From: an uncultured bacterium
GTDB taxonomy: Bacteria > Patescibacteriota > Minisyncoccia > Phycocordibacterales > GWA1-40-21
Direction: 5' to 3'
DNA length: 64,000 bases
Assembly: GCA_903832855.1 (NCBI GenBank)
Contig: CAILDB010000003.1
Location: 15,398-79,397, forward strand
Below are positions 17,905 through 25,960 of the stretch, one piece after another. The notes under the pieces are model-generated. The model worked only from the letters and a program-made list of their open reading frames with translations. It did no database searches and was not told where the DNA came from. The number at the start of each line of letters is the position of its first letter. The first letter of the stretch is position 1. The position numbers were made by a program, and so were the translations under genes.

Positions 17905-19206
17905 TTACCGGGCAAGCCACTCTTCTTCCTGCCTCACTAGGAGTTCCTCTGCTTTTTCCGGCTCAGCCATTATTTCTAAAACAAATTTTTCCATTCTCAT
18001 TGATTGGGAACCTTTTACCAAAATTAAATCGCCTTCTTTTATTTCATTTTGAAATTCTTTTCCTGCAGTCACGGAGTCATCATATTGGAAAATCTTTCCT
18101 TCATCAAGATTGGCATCAAGTGCACCTTCGGCCAATTTCTTTGACCTCATTCCCACGGTCAAAATCAAATCGCAAAATTCTCCGGCAATTTTTCCGGCAT
18201 TGTAATGTTCCTCAGAAGAAAGCTTCCCAAGTTCCATCATATCTCCAAGAACGGCTATTTTCCTACCTTTTGTTTTAATATCATTGAGAGTTTGCAATGC
18301 AGATGCAACGGCAAGTGGCGAAGAATTGTAAGTATCATCAATAATAGTTGAGCCCTTAATTCCTTTTATCAATTTCATTCTGCCTTTTGGCGTGTCATGC
18401 TCGGCAAACATTTCATTTATTTTTACAGGATTTATTTTATTTACAAAGCCGACAGCGACAGACGCGAGGATAGAATAAATATTTGGAATTCCAACAGAAC
18501 CACGAACAAACATTGGCAAACTATTTCCCTCATAATTTATTCTAAATGAAATACCCATAACTTTTTTATTACTCTCTCCATCCTCATACAAATAATCCAA
18601 ATTTTCTGCCTTTACATTTGCTGGATTATCAAAACCATATTTAATAATTTGACCAGAAAAATCTTTGCTCATCTCTACCGAGTCCTCATCATCGGCATTT
18701 ATTACCAGCGTTCCACCAGTTTTCAGCGCCCGAACAAGATACCATTTTTCATTTATCAAATCGTCTCTAGACTCAAAAAACTCAATATGCACCGGCACTT
18801 TTGCAAATTTTGTAATAACAACAATGTCCGGCTTAAGCCACTTAGTTATTTTTCTAATGTCCCCCGGCCTATCCGCACCCACTTCAAGCACAAGCCACTC
18901 TGGATATTTTTCTTTGAAAATAATAGACGAAAGTCCAACCAAGATATTTTTAATCCACATCAGAGGATTACTCCAAGCATTCTGACATCCGAGAATTGTC
19001 AGTGGAATTCCAATATCGCTATTAAAACTTTTTTCACTTTTTCGGACAAAAAAAGAGCCGGACATTGCAGTGTAAATAGCATCTTTGGTAGATGTCTTAC
19101 CCACACTTCCAGTCACAGCAACAATCTTTGGCTTGTATTTCCTCAAAACCATTCTTGCCTCAAGCTCCATCGTTTTTGAAATTATCTTCTTAAAAATGTC
19201 TTTCAT
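17905..19206 (-). CDS. murF: UDP-N-acetylmuramoyl-tripeptide--D-alanyl-D-alanine ligase
   Basis: 433 aa. VTGSVGKTSTKD P-loop and Mur ligase middle and C domains. Confidence 0.9.
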   Translation of the reverse strand: MKDIFKKIISKTMELEARMVLRKYKPKIVAVTGSVGKTSTKDAIYTAMSGSFFVRKSEKSFNSDIGIPLTILGCQNAWSNPLMWIKNILVGLSSIIFKEKYPEWLVLEVGADRPGDIRKITKWLKPDIVVITKFAKVPVHIEFFESRDDLINEKWYLVRALKTGGTLVINADDEDSVEMSKDFSGQIIKYGFDNPANVKAENLDYLYEDGESNKKVMGISFRINYEGNSLPMFVRGSVGIPNIYSILASVAVGFVNKINPVKINEMFAEHDTPKGRMKLIKGIKGSTIIDDTYNSSPLAVASALQTLNDIKTKGRKIAVLGDMMELGKLSSEEHYNAGKIAGEFCDLILTVGMRSKKLAEGALDANLDEGKIFQYDDSVTAGKEFQNEIKEGDLILVKGSQSMRMEKFVLEIMAEPEKAEELLVRQEEEWLAR

Positions 19207-19225
19207 AACCTAATATTACCACAAA

Positions 19226-19492
19226 AAATCTCGCAAGAAAAATTTGAAAATTTTGCTAGGGGTGGCGATCCTGTTCCTTTTGAAATACATTGCGCAGGCC
19301 GACTGGGCCGAGCATAACAAATTTTCAGCAGAATATTACTTCGACGAGCGAGGAGCAAGGTGGAAAATCTTATTTTACATCTTGTCCGAGCGAAGTCGAA
19401 GCAAGAAGATTCTTATCTTCTTATGTGCGTATTTCAAAAGGAATAGGTCGACAGGACCCCGTGAAATTTTCTAATTTTTCTTGCGAGATTTT
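19226..19492. repeat. Composite GC-rich nested-palindrome repeat (family A ends + module B + 7085-type module)
   Basis: Outer 31-bp inverted repeat AAAAATCTCGCAAGAAAAATTTGAAAATTTT / AAAATTTTCTAATTTTTCTTGCGAGATTTTT (one mismatch). Inner ends GCTAGGGGTGGCGATCCTGTTCCTTTTGAA ... AAAAGGAATAGGTCGACAGGACCCCGTGAAATTTT are shared with the 23333 and 25824 copies. Fills the ftsI-murF gap. Confidence 0.6.
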
Positions 19493-19495
19493 TAC

Positions 19496-21211
19496 CTACC
19501 TATCAGGTGCTATCTCATAATAATTTATTAAAAACTTTGCTGTGTCAATAAATGGCATCGTCAAAGTCTGAGAAGCATAATTTACATTTTTCGGCTCAAC
19601 TGTATAAAGTAAGACCAAAAATCTAGGATTGTAGGCAGGAAAATATCCAAAAAATGAGTGCAAATATCTATCAGGATAATATCCTCCACCTTCCGCTCCT
19701 GGCCTTGCTATCTGCGCTGTCCCCGTCTTTGCAGCAATACTGTAGCGATCCATTTTCACAGCTCCATTCAAAAGTGCCTTGTCCACGACTTCCACAAGCA
19801 TTCTGGTTATTTCATCTGCGGATGATTTCTTGATTACCTGCTGTGCTTCATTTACATATGAAATATTTTTTGCAGGAGCAAGTTCATAATTTATTTTTTT
19901 AACAACATGAGGAGTAATAAGTTTTCCACCATTTGCCAAAACTGAAAGTGCTCTTGCTGTAATTATCGGCGTCATAGAAATTCCCTGACCGAAGGATGCA
20001 TTATAAAATTCTACAGTAGTTTTTACTTTTAGATTTTCTATACTCCCCGCTGCTTCACTTGGCAAATCAATTCCCGTTTCCATTCCAATTCCAAATTTTT
20101 TGAAATATTCTGTAAATTTTTCATTACCCATCTGACTTTCTACAAATGAAGCTCCTGTATTTAATGAATTATTAAGAACTATTTGCATATTCACAACTCC
20201 TCTTCCCGCCCCATCATAATTTGAAACTTTATATCCATCAACCATAAGAAATCCCTTGTCATTATAAGTTGTTTTGGCTGTCACTACACCAGAATCAATT
20301 CCAGAAGCCATTGTGATTGCTTTTATAATAGAACCCATTTCATAGGCGTTACTCACCAAAGGGTTTCCCAAAACAGAAAAATCCGTAACACTTCCGTAAT
20401 CATTTGGATTAAAAGTAGGCGTCGTTGCCATCGCATAAATTTCTCCTGTTTTTGGATCAAGAATTACCCCACCTGTCGTTTTTGAACTCCATGTCTTACT
20501 CACCTCGGCGATTTTTGACTCAAGAAAGCTCTGAACTTCTGGTTCTATGGAAGTCACGATATCACCTTTCTTAGAATCAAATAAATTATTTTTAATATTT
20601 AAAAATATTTCAGCATAAGGGTTCACATACATTTTTGTGTCAGACCTTTCAAGCGTATCATTATAATATTTTTCAAGTCCGTATCTGCCTTCAAGCAAAT
20701 CGCCATTATATCCCACAAAGCCAACTACATTGGATGCTAGCTGTCCACCAGGATAAAACCTAGCCTTATCTGTTCCGATGAAAACACCAGGGATTTTCAT
20801 ATCAGCTATTGCCAGAGCGGACTTTTCCGGAACCTTTTTCATTATTTCTTCATACGGGTCGTTTACTTTCGTAGCTTTTTGTAAAAATGTTGTCTTATCA
20901 ATTTCTAGTATTGATGATATTTTTGTAAAGACTTCATCAGGATTTTTCATTAAAGATGGGTTGACAGATAGAGTGTATTCATTTTTCAAAGCTGCAGCAG
21001 AAATAACTGATCCATCTTTTGATGTAAAGAAAATAGTTCCTCTATCAAAAACACCATTTACATTTATTGTTTGTTTTTTTTCGGAAATAATATTAAATTC
21101 CTCCCCTTTTACTACCTGCAGAAAATATAATCTGACAAATAAAATAAAAGCAATAAGAATAACAAAACCAAATATAATTCTAACCCTAAAAACAAAGTGA
21201 CTAGATTTCAT
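19496..21211 (-). CDS. ftsI: Peptidoglycan D,D-transpeptidase FtsI (PBP3-like class B PBP)
   Basis: 571 aa. N-terminal TM, then SxxK (SIIK), SxN and KTGT motifs. Sits in the dcw position after ftsL. Confidence 0.85.
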   Translation of the reverse strand: MKSSHFVFRVRIIFGFVILIAFILFVRLYFLQVVKGEEFNIISEKKQTINVNGVFDRGTIFFTSKDGSVISAAALKNEYTLSVNPSLMKNPDEVFTKISSILEIDKTTFLQKATKVNDPYEEIMKKVPEKSALAIADMKIPGVFIGTDKARFYPGGQLASNVVGFVGYNGDLLEGRYGLEKYYNDTLERSDTKMYVNPYAEIFLNIKNNLFDSKKGDIVTSIEPEVQSFLESKIAEVSKTWSSKTTGGVILDPKTGEIYAMATTPTFNPNDYGSVTDFSVLGNPLVSNAYEMGSIIKAITMASGIDSGVVTAKTTYNDKGFLMVDGYKVSNYDGAGRGVVNMQIVLNNSLNTGASFVESQMGNEKFTEYFKKFGIGMETGIDLPSEAAGSIENLKVKTTVEFYNASFGQGISMTPIITARALSVLANGGKLITPHVVKKINYELAPAKNISYVNEAQQVIKKSSADEITRMLVEVVDKALLNGAVKMDRYSIAAKTGTAQIARPGAEGGGYYPDRYLHSFFGYFPAYNPRFLVLLYTVEPKNVNYASQTLTMPFIDTAKFLINYYEIAPDR

Positions 21212-21527
21212 TTGTATTCAAAGATAATGATTCACTATTACCTGCCTTTGATACAAAGATTTGTTTTGAATTGTCAATAAAGCCGTCGCCCTTGGCTGTT
21301 TCTAGTGTTATTGCATTTTTTGCCTGTAAATATTGATATTCTAGGCCATTTACCTCCAAAGTAAGAGATGCTGACTTATTTGCGAGCACGGTGTTTTCCC
21401 TGATACTCACTGTAATTTGAATAATTGAAAAGAAATATGATGCGACTAAAAGTCCACAAGAAACTGCCAAAATCCAAAAGATTTTTTTGCTCGGATTATT
21501 TATTTGTTCTTGTATTGCTTTAGTCAT
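21201..21527 (-). CDS. ftsL: Putative cell division protein FtsL (small bitopic protein)
   Basis: 108 aa with a single TM, between rsmH and ftsI. Assignment rests on synteny only. Confidence 0.45.
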   Translation of the reverse strand: MTKAIQEQINNPSKKIFWILAVSCGLLVASYFFSIIQITVSIRENTVLANKSASLTLEVNGLEYQYLQAKNAITLETAKGDGFIDNSKQIFVSKAGNSESLSLNTNEI

Positions 21528-22413
21528 TTTTTTTAAATATTCGCAGTTTAGCGCTTCTTGATCTTGGATTTTCCCTTAATTCATTTTCACTTGCCGTGAT
21601 TGGTTTTTTATTTATCGGTTTTCCTAAACCTTTTTCCTTCCATTCTCTAAAAGTATCTTTTACTATTCTATCTTCCGTACTATGAAATGAAATTATTGCT
21701 ATTCTTCCGCTGGGTGCTAGAAGGTCAATACTCTTTCTCAAACCTTCTTTCAGCGCCTCCACTTCATCATTTACCGCCATTCTGATTGCCTGAAATGTCT
21801 TTGTGGCGAAGTGTATTTTCCCTTTTTCGTAAGACACAGGAACTGCACTTTTAATTATCGCTACAAGCTCATCTGTCATTTCTATCGGTTTCTTTTCTCT
21901 TGCTTCAATTATTTTTCTTGCAATTCTTCTTGAATATTTTTCGTCAGAATATCCGTAAAATATATCTGCGAGTGTCTCCTCTCCCCAAGAATTTAAAATC
22001 ATCTTGGCTGTAATCTGATCTTCTCCGGCAGTGTTTGAGAATGTCATCAGAAGTGGTTCATTGTTTTTGAAAGTGAAACCTCTTCCCGATAAATCCAACT
22101 GGTCGGAACTAAGTCCGAGATCCAGAATTATTCCATTTACATTTTTCACACCTACCTTTTCGAGCACAGAATCAATTTTTCTGTAATCGGAGAGAAAAGC
22201 CTGAAAATCACAACCATCTTTACAAATTTTTGTCGTCGCTCTGTTTATTGCTTCACTATCTCTGTCTGTCGCAATTATTTTTATTTTTGAACCAAACCTT
22301 TTAAAAATTTCTTCGCTATGTCCCCCCGCACCGAGTGTCCCGTCAAAGACCACATTATTTGGCTTCAAATCAAGTCCGTTTATTGTCTCATCCAGTAAAA
22401 CCGCTTTGTGCAT
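21520..22413 (-). CDS. rsmH: 16S rRNA (cytosine1402-N4)-methyltransferase RsmH/MraW
   Basis: 297 aa. DGTLGAGGHS SAM motif. Confidence 0.9.
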   Translation of the reverse strand: MHKAVLLDETINGLDLKPNNVVFDGTLGAGGHSEEIFKRFGSKIKIIATDRDSEAINRATTKICKDGCDFQAFLSDYRKIDSVLEKVGVKNVNGIILDLGLSSDQLDLSGRGFTFKNNEPLLMTFSNTAGEDQITAKMILNSWGEETLADIFYGYSDEKYSRRIARKIIEAREKKPIEMTDELVAIIKSAVPVSYEKGKIHFATKTFQAIRMAVNDEVEALKEGLRKSIDLLAPSGRIAIISFHSTEDRIVKDTFREWKEKGLGKPINKKPITASENELRENPRSRSAKLRIFKKND

Positions 22414-22416
22414 ATT

Positions 22417-22851
22417 TTATAGTGCTCCTGCTTGACCAAGCTTTTCTGCAAGCTGATCTGCTTCTCTTGCGACCTTTTCTTTAACGCCACGCCATACTTC
22501 TTCGTTCCAAATTTCAACTCTGTCCTGAACTCCAACAACTGCAACTTTATTTAAAAGATTTGCTCTCTTGATTAAAAAATCCGGAAGTAACATTCTGCCG
22601 ATTGCGTCCACTTCAGCTTCCACCGCACCTCCAAACATATATCTATTGAAACTTCTATTGTCTGTTTGAAGCATTGAAGACTCTGAAAGTTTTCCTGAAA
22701 TATTTTTCCATTGAGAAAGTGTAAAGACAAAAAGACATCCATCAAGTCCAGGAGTGACGACAATTTTTTTGCCCAATTCTTTTCTAAATTTCACCGGAAG
22801 TGAAATTCTTTTTTTGTCATCTAGCGTATGTGTGTATTCTCCAATTAACAT
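22417..22851 (-). CDS. mraZ: Transcriptional regulator MraZ
   Basis: 144 aa. Two MraZ/SpoVT-AbrB repeats with DxxxR (LDDKKRISLP... and DAIGRMLLP). Confidence 0.9.
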   Translation of the reverse strand: MLIGEYTHTLDDKKRISLPVKFRKELGKKIVVTPGLDGCLFVFTLSQWKNISGKLSESSMLQTDNRSFNRYMFGGAVEAEVDAIGRMLLPDFLIKRANLLNKVAVVGVQDRVEIWNEEVWRGVKEKVAREADQLAEKLGQAGAL

Positions 22852-22878
22852 ATTAGTTTTTGTGAGATTTTTAATTTA

Positions 22879-22923
22879 CCACTTCATCCCACTTCTTATA
22901 CATTTTATAACACTTCATCCCAC
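22879..22923 (-). promoter_or_regulatory. Candidate MraZ operator: two direct repeats GTGGGATGAAGTG upstream of mraZ
   Basis: On the mraZ strand, GTGGGATGAAGTG occurs twice, 31 bp apart, flanking an A/T-rich putative -10. E. coli MraZ binds TGGGN direct repeats. Confidence 0.3.
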
Positions 22924-23065
22924 AGTGCAACACAAAGTTATCCACAGGGTACCTTGCCCTGTTTTATGTGTCAGATTTGGTGTTATTGACTAAAAAAATA
23001 TTAAGTATAATATACCTATCGGATGTTAAATGACCGTTAATTGACTAAACAAAAAGAGGCGAGAA

Positions 23066-23224
23066 ATGATAGCTAACCCTGTACCTGTTGAAACGATACC
23101 TATGTGGTGGCTTATAGGACGGTGGATCATGTTGATCGTTGTTCTTTTCGCACTAGCAATTGTAGCCTGCTTTATCTACTGCATGCGCAAATTCGAGAAG
23201 GAAAAGGAACAAGGCAAATCATGA
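23066..23224 (+). CDS. Hypothetical 52-aa single-TM protein (below the ORF-track length cutoff)
   Basis: ATG at 23066. Protein is MIANPVPVETIPMWWLIGRWIMLIVVLFALAIVACFIYCMRKFEKEKEQGKS. Terminator downstream. G+C higher than flanks. Confidence 0.4.
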   Translation: MIANPVPVETIPMWWLIGRWIMLIVVLFALAIVACFIYCMRKFEKEKEQGKS

Positions 23225-23254
23225 GATGAAATCACAATCAAACAAGACAGTAGT

Positions 23255-23292
23255 CCTCGTTCGGAATTTCCGAGCGAGGGCTTTTTTTATCA
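23255..23292 (+). terminator. Rho-independent terminator
   Basis: CCTCGTTCGGaatttCCGAGCGAGG followed by GCTTTTTTTAT. Confidence 0.55.
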
Positions 23293-23303
23293 AGATACGG
23301 ATG

Positions 23304-23481
23304 ACACAAAATTAAGAGACTGAAAATTTTGTTAGGGGTGGCGATCCTGTTCCTTTTGAACTGACTTGGGAGGCTGACTGAGCCGAGCACGAGGAATTTT
23401 TTAGCAAAAAAATATCCGTGCAGTTCAAAAGGAATAGGTCGACAGGACCCCGTGAAATTTTCAGTCTTTTAATTTTGTGTC
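23304..23481. repeat. Composite nested-palindrome repeat, family A
   Basis: Outer inverted repeat ACACAAAATTAAGAGACTGAAAATTTT / AAAATTTTCAGTCTTTTAATTTTGTGT. Inner sequence GTTAGGGGTGGCGATCCTGTTCCTTTTGAACTGACTTGGGAGGCTGACTGAGCCGAGCACGAGGAATTTTTTAGCAAAAAAATATCCGTGCAGTTCAAAAGGAATAGGTCGACAGGACCCCGTGAAATTTT. Confidence 0.6.
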
Positions 23482-24943
23482 AATTTTTAGGAGGTCTAAG
23501 AAGTGGAAAAATCTGACATTCTTTTGCTGGTTTGTTCATCAAGAAACTAAACAATCTTTCAGAAAGCCCGAAGCCACAAGTTGGTGGCATTCCATATTCC
23601 ATTGCTTCCACAAATTCCCCATCCGTCATCTGCGCCTCCTCATCACCCTCTTCTAAAAGTTTTGCCTGTTCCATAAATCTATCCATCTGATCTATCGGAT
23701 CATTAAGCTCACTAAATCCCTTACCCATTTCAGAACCAGCAAGAATCACCTGAAATCTTTCTACTAAATTTGTATCCTTTTCCATTCTCTTTGCAAGTGG
23801 TTCCATCATCACAGGAACATTTATAAGAAATCCCGGACCTGCGATTTGCTTTCTGCAATATTTCCACAAATTATCTACTGCTCTATTCAAATTAAAACCT
23901 TTTTTATTATCATACTCCACTTTCAATTCCCTAAGTTTTTTTTCAATTTCAGGAAGTTTTGCAGAAGTAACATCCACATCGGTCATTTTTTTAATTATTT
24001 CTACATAATCATAAATTTCCCATTCTTTTTCAAAATCAATTTCAAAATCTTTTATTTTAAACTTCATCGTGCCAAATGTTTCCATCGCAACTCTTCTGTA
24101 AAGTTCTTTTATCAATTCCATTCCCTGATTGTAGTCCGCATACGCCCAGTAAAATTCCATCATTGAATAATCCTGCAAATGTTCGGCATCCATTCCTTCG
24201 TTTCGAAAATTTCTACCAATTTCAAAAACTTTTGGAAAACCAGCAATCATAAGACGCTTGAGCCAAAGCTCAGGAGAAATTCTCAAATAAATATCTAGGT
24301 CAAGTGCATTATGATGTGTGATAAAAGGTCTCGCCTCTGCACCTCCCGGAACAGATTCTAAAATAGGCGTCTCAACTTCCATAAAACTTTTTTCTACCAG
24401 AAAACTTCTGATAGACGCCCAGAATTTTTCTCTTTTTATTATAATCTCTTTTACATCCTCATTAAAAAGAATATCTAAATATCTTTTGCGGAGTTTTTCT
24501 TCTTCATCTTGAAGCCCGTGCCATTTTTCAGGAAGTGGTCGCAAACTTTTTGAAAGCATTTTCCAAGAAGTTACCTGCAATGTTTTCTCGCCTCTTTTGG
24601 TAGTAAAAAGTGTTCCTCCAACCTCTATAAAATCGCCAATATCAATGACTTTTTGGAAAAAATCAAATGTTTCAGCTCCTATATCATCTTTCTTGATAAG
24701 CCCTTGAAACTTGGCCGTGCCATCGTAAATATTAAAAAATACCAAAGCTCCCTGCTCGCGAAGTGACATTAGTCTCCCGGTAAGATGAATATCTTTATTT
24801 TCTAAAAGTGAATCGTATTTTTCTATAACCTCGTTCAATGAAAAATCCCTTCTGGATGATGATGGGTAAGGATTTACTCCAGCATCTCTTAAGATTTTTA
24901 ATTTCTCTATTCTATTATTTCTTATTTCTACTAATGAACTCAT
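23480..24943 (-). CDS. lysS: Lysyl-tRNA synthetase (class II)
   Basis: 487 aa. N-terminal OB anticodon-binding fold and class II motifs 1-3. Confidence 0.95.
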   Translation of the reverse strand: MSSLVEIRNNRIEKLKILRDAGVNPYPSSSRRDFSLNEVIEKYDSLLENKDIHLTGRLMSLREQGALVFFNIYDGTAKFQGLIKKDDIGAETFDFFQKVIDIGDFIEVGGTLFTTKRGEKTLQVTSWKMLSKSLRPLPEKWHGLQDEEEKLRKRYLDILFNEDVKEIIIKREKFWASIRSFLVEKSFMEVETPILESVPGGAEARPFITHHNALDLDIYLRISPELWLKRLMIAGFPKVFEIGRNFRNEGMDAEHLQDYSMMEFYWAYADYNQGMELIKELYRRVAMETFGTMKFKIKDFEIDFEKEWEIYDYVEIIKKMTDVDVTSAKLPEIEKKLRELKVEYDNKKGFNLNRAVDNLWKYCRKQIAGPGFLINVPVMMEPLAKRMEKDTNLVERFQVILAGSEMGKGFSELNDPIDQMDRFMEQAKLLEEGDEEAQMTDGEFVEAMEYGMPPTCGFGLSERLFSFLMNKPAKECQIFPLLRPPKN

Positions 24944-24952
24944 TTTTGTGGA

Positions 24953-25423
24953 TTATTTGATATCCATAATTTTATATTCCATCATACCAGATGGGCAAGT
25001 ATATTTAAAAGAATCGTGTTTGTTTTTCCCGAGGATTGCAGCGCCAAGTGGTGACCTGTTTGAAATTTTCCCTTTTGCCATATCGGCTTCTTCCGAGCCA
25101 ACTATTTGAAAAACCTTTTTTGTTCCGCATCCAGCTTTTTCCAAAGTCACAGTGCTACCTATCATCACATGATCACCGTGTCTGTCTTCAAAAACCGATG
25201 CATTTTTCAAAATTATTTCAAGTTTTGAAATCCTATCCTCAGTATTTGCCTGATTTTCTCTAGCTTCATGATATTCGGCGTTTTCGGACAGGTCGCCAAG
25301 ACCCCTAGCATAATCCAAACTCTCCGCGACCTCCTTTCTCTTATTCGTCTTTAAATCCTTCAGCTCCTCCACGAGTGCATCATACTTCTCCTTTGTTAAA
25401 TATTCTCTTTTTTCATCAGGCAT
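24953..25423 (-). CDS. greA: Transcription elongation factor GreA
   Basis: 156 aa. N-terminal coiled coil (DLSENAEYHEARE) and FKBP-like C-terminal domain. Confidence 0.9.
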   Translation of the reverse strand: MPDEKREYLTKEKYDALVEELKDLKTNKRKEVAESLDYARGLGDLSENAEYHEARENQANTEDRISKLEIILKNASVFEDRHGDHVMIGSTVTLEKAGCGTKKVFQIVGSEEADMAKGKISNRSPLGAAILGKNKHDSFKYTCPSGMMEYKIMDIK

Positions 25424-25554
25424 AATATTATTGGTTAATTATTAAAGTGCCACCATTCTACCAAACTATGGGTTGATAGTCAAAATTTTGCATAAAAAAA
25501 ACGACCCGAACCCCATTACAGGATCCAGGTCGTAGATCGTGTTGTCGGCGAGAA

Positions 25555-25698
25555 TTACTTCGCCTGCCAGCAGATCGTTCCCGAGTTCTTCATACAGAAT
25601 TCTGTCATCTTGTAGCTCTGAGGGTCTGAAACCAAGTGCCACACGATGACTGTGAGAAGAATCGCAGAAACCGACATACAAATAATCAACCTTTTCAT
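25555..25698 (-). CDS. Candidate 47-aa hydrophobic peptide with perfect AGGAGG SD (alternative: overlapping 93-aa ORF 25466..25747)
   Basis: AGGAGG lies 7 nt before the ATG at 25698. Protein is MKRLIICMSVSAILLTVIVWHLVSDPQSYKMTEFCMKNSGTICWQAK. It overlaps, in another frame, the 93-aa ORF listed in the track. The region is GC-rich. Confidence 0.35.
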   Translation of the reverse strand: MKRLIICMSVSAILLTVIVWHLVSDPQSYKMTEFCMKNSGTICWQAK

Positions 25699-25805
25699 CT
25701 TCAATCCTCCTAACTACTAGTATACACCCTTTCGTATCTTTTGTCAAGCATTTTTACATTTTCTTTTTATAAGTCCAAAAATAGCTTGCAAAATAAGGCT
25801 TTTTG

Positions 25806-25958
25806 CCAAAAATTTTGTTAGGGGTGGCGATCCTGTTCCTTTTGAACTGACTTGGGAGCGCGACTGGCGCGAGCACGAGGAATTTTTTAGCAAAAAAATA
25901 TCCGTGCAGTTCAAAAGGAATAGGTCGACAGGACCCCGTGAAATTTTTCGGCTGAAAA
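25806..25958. repeat. Composite nested-palindrome repeat, family A
   Basis: GTTAGGGGTGGCGATCCTGTTCCTTTTGAACTGACTTGGGAGCGCGACTGGCGCGAGCACGAGGAATTTTTTAGCAAAAAAATATCCGTGCAGTTCAAAAGGAATAGGTCGACAGGACCCCGTGAAATTTTT, about 95% identical to the 23333 copy, with short flanking inverted repeats. Confidence 0.6.
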
Positions 25959-25960
25959 TA

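Noticed and set aside
25466-25747. The 93-aa ORF from the track as the coding sequence of this GC-rich spot
   Set aside because: Not fully rejected. The overlapping 47-aa frame has a perfect AGGAGG-N7-ATG signal whereas the 93-aa frame has no visible SD. Either or neither may be real, so both are reported with low confidence.
19226-25958. Family-A repeat ends GTTAGGGG... read as integron attC sites (GTTRRRY core) with the GC-rich ORFs as integron cassettes
   Set aside because: The last base of the putative core is G rather than Y, no intI is present, and the cassettes are dispersed around the chromosome. Each carries its own promoter and terminator, unlike promoterless integron cassettes in a co-oriented array.
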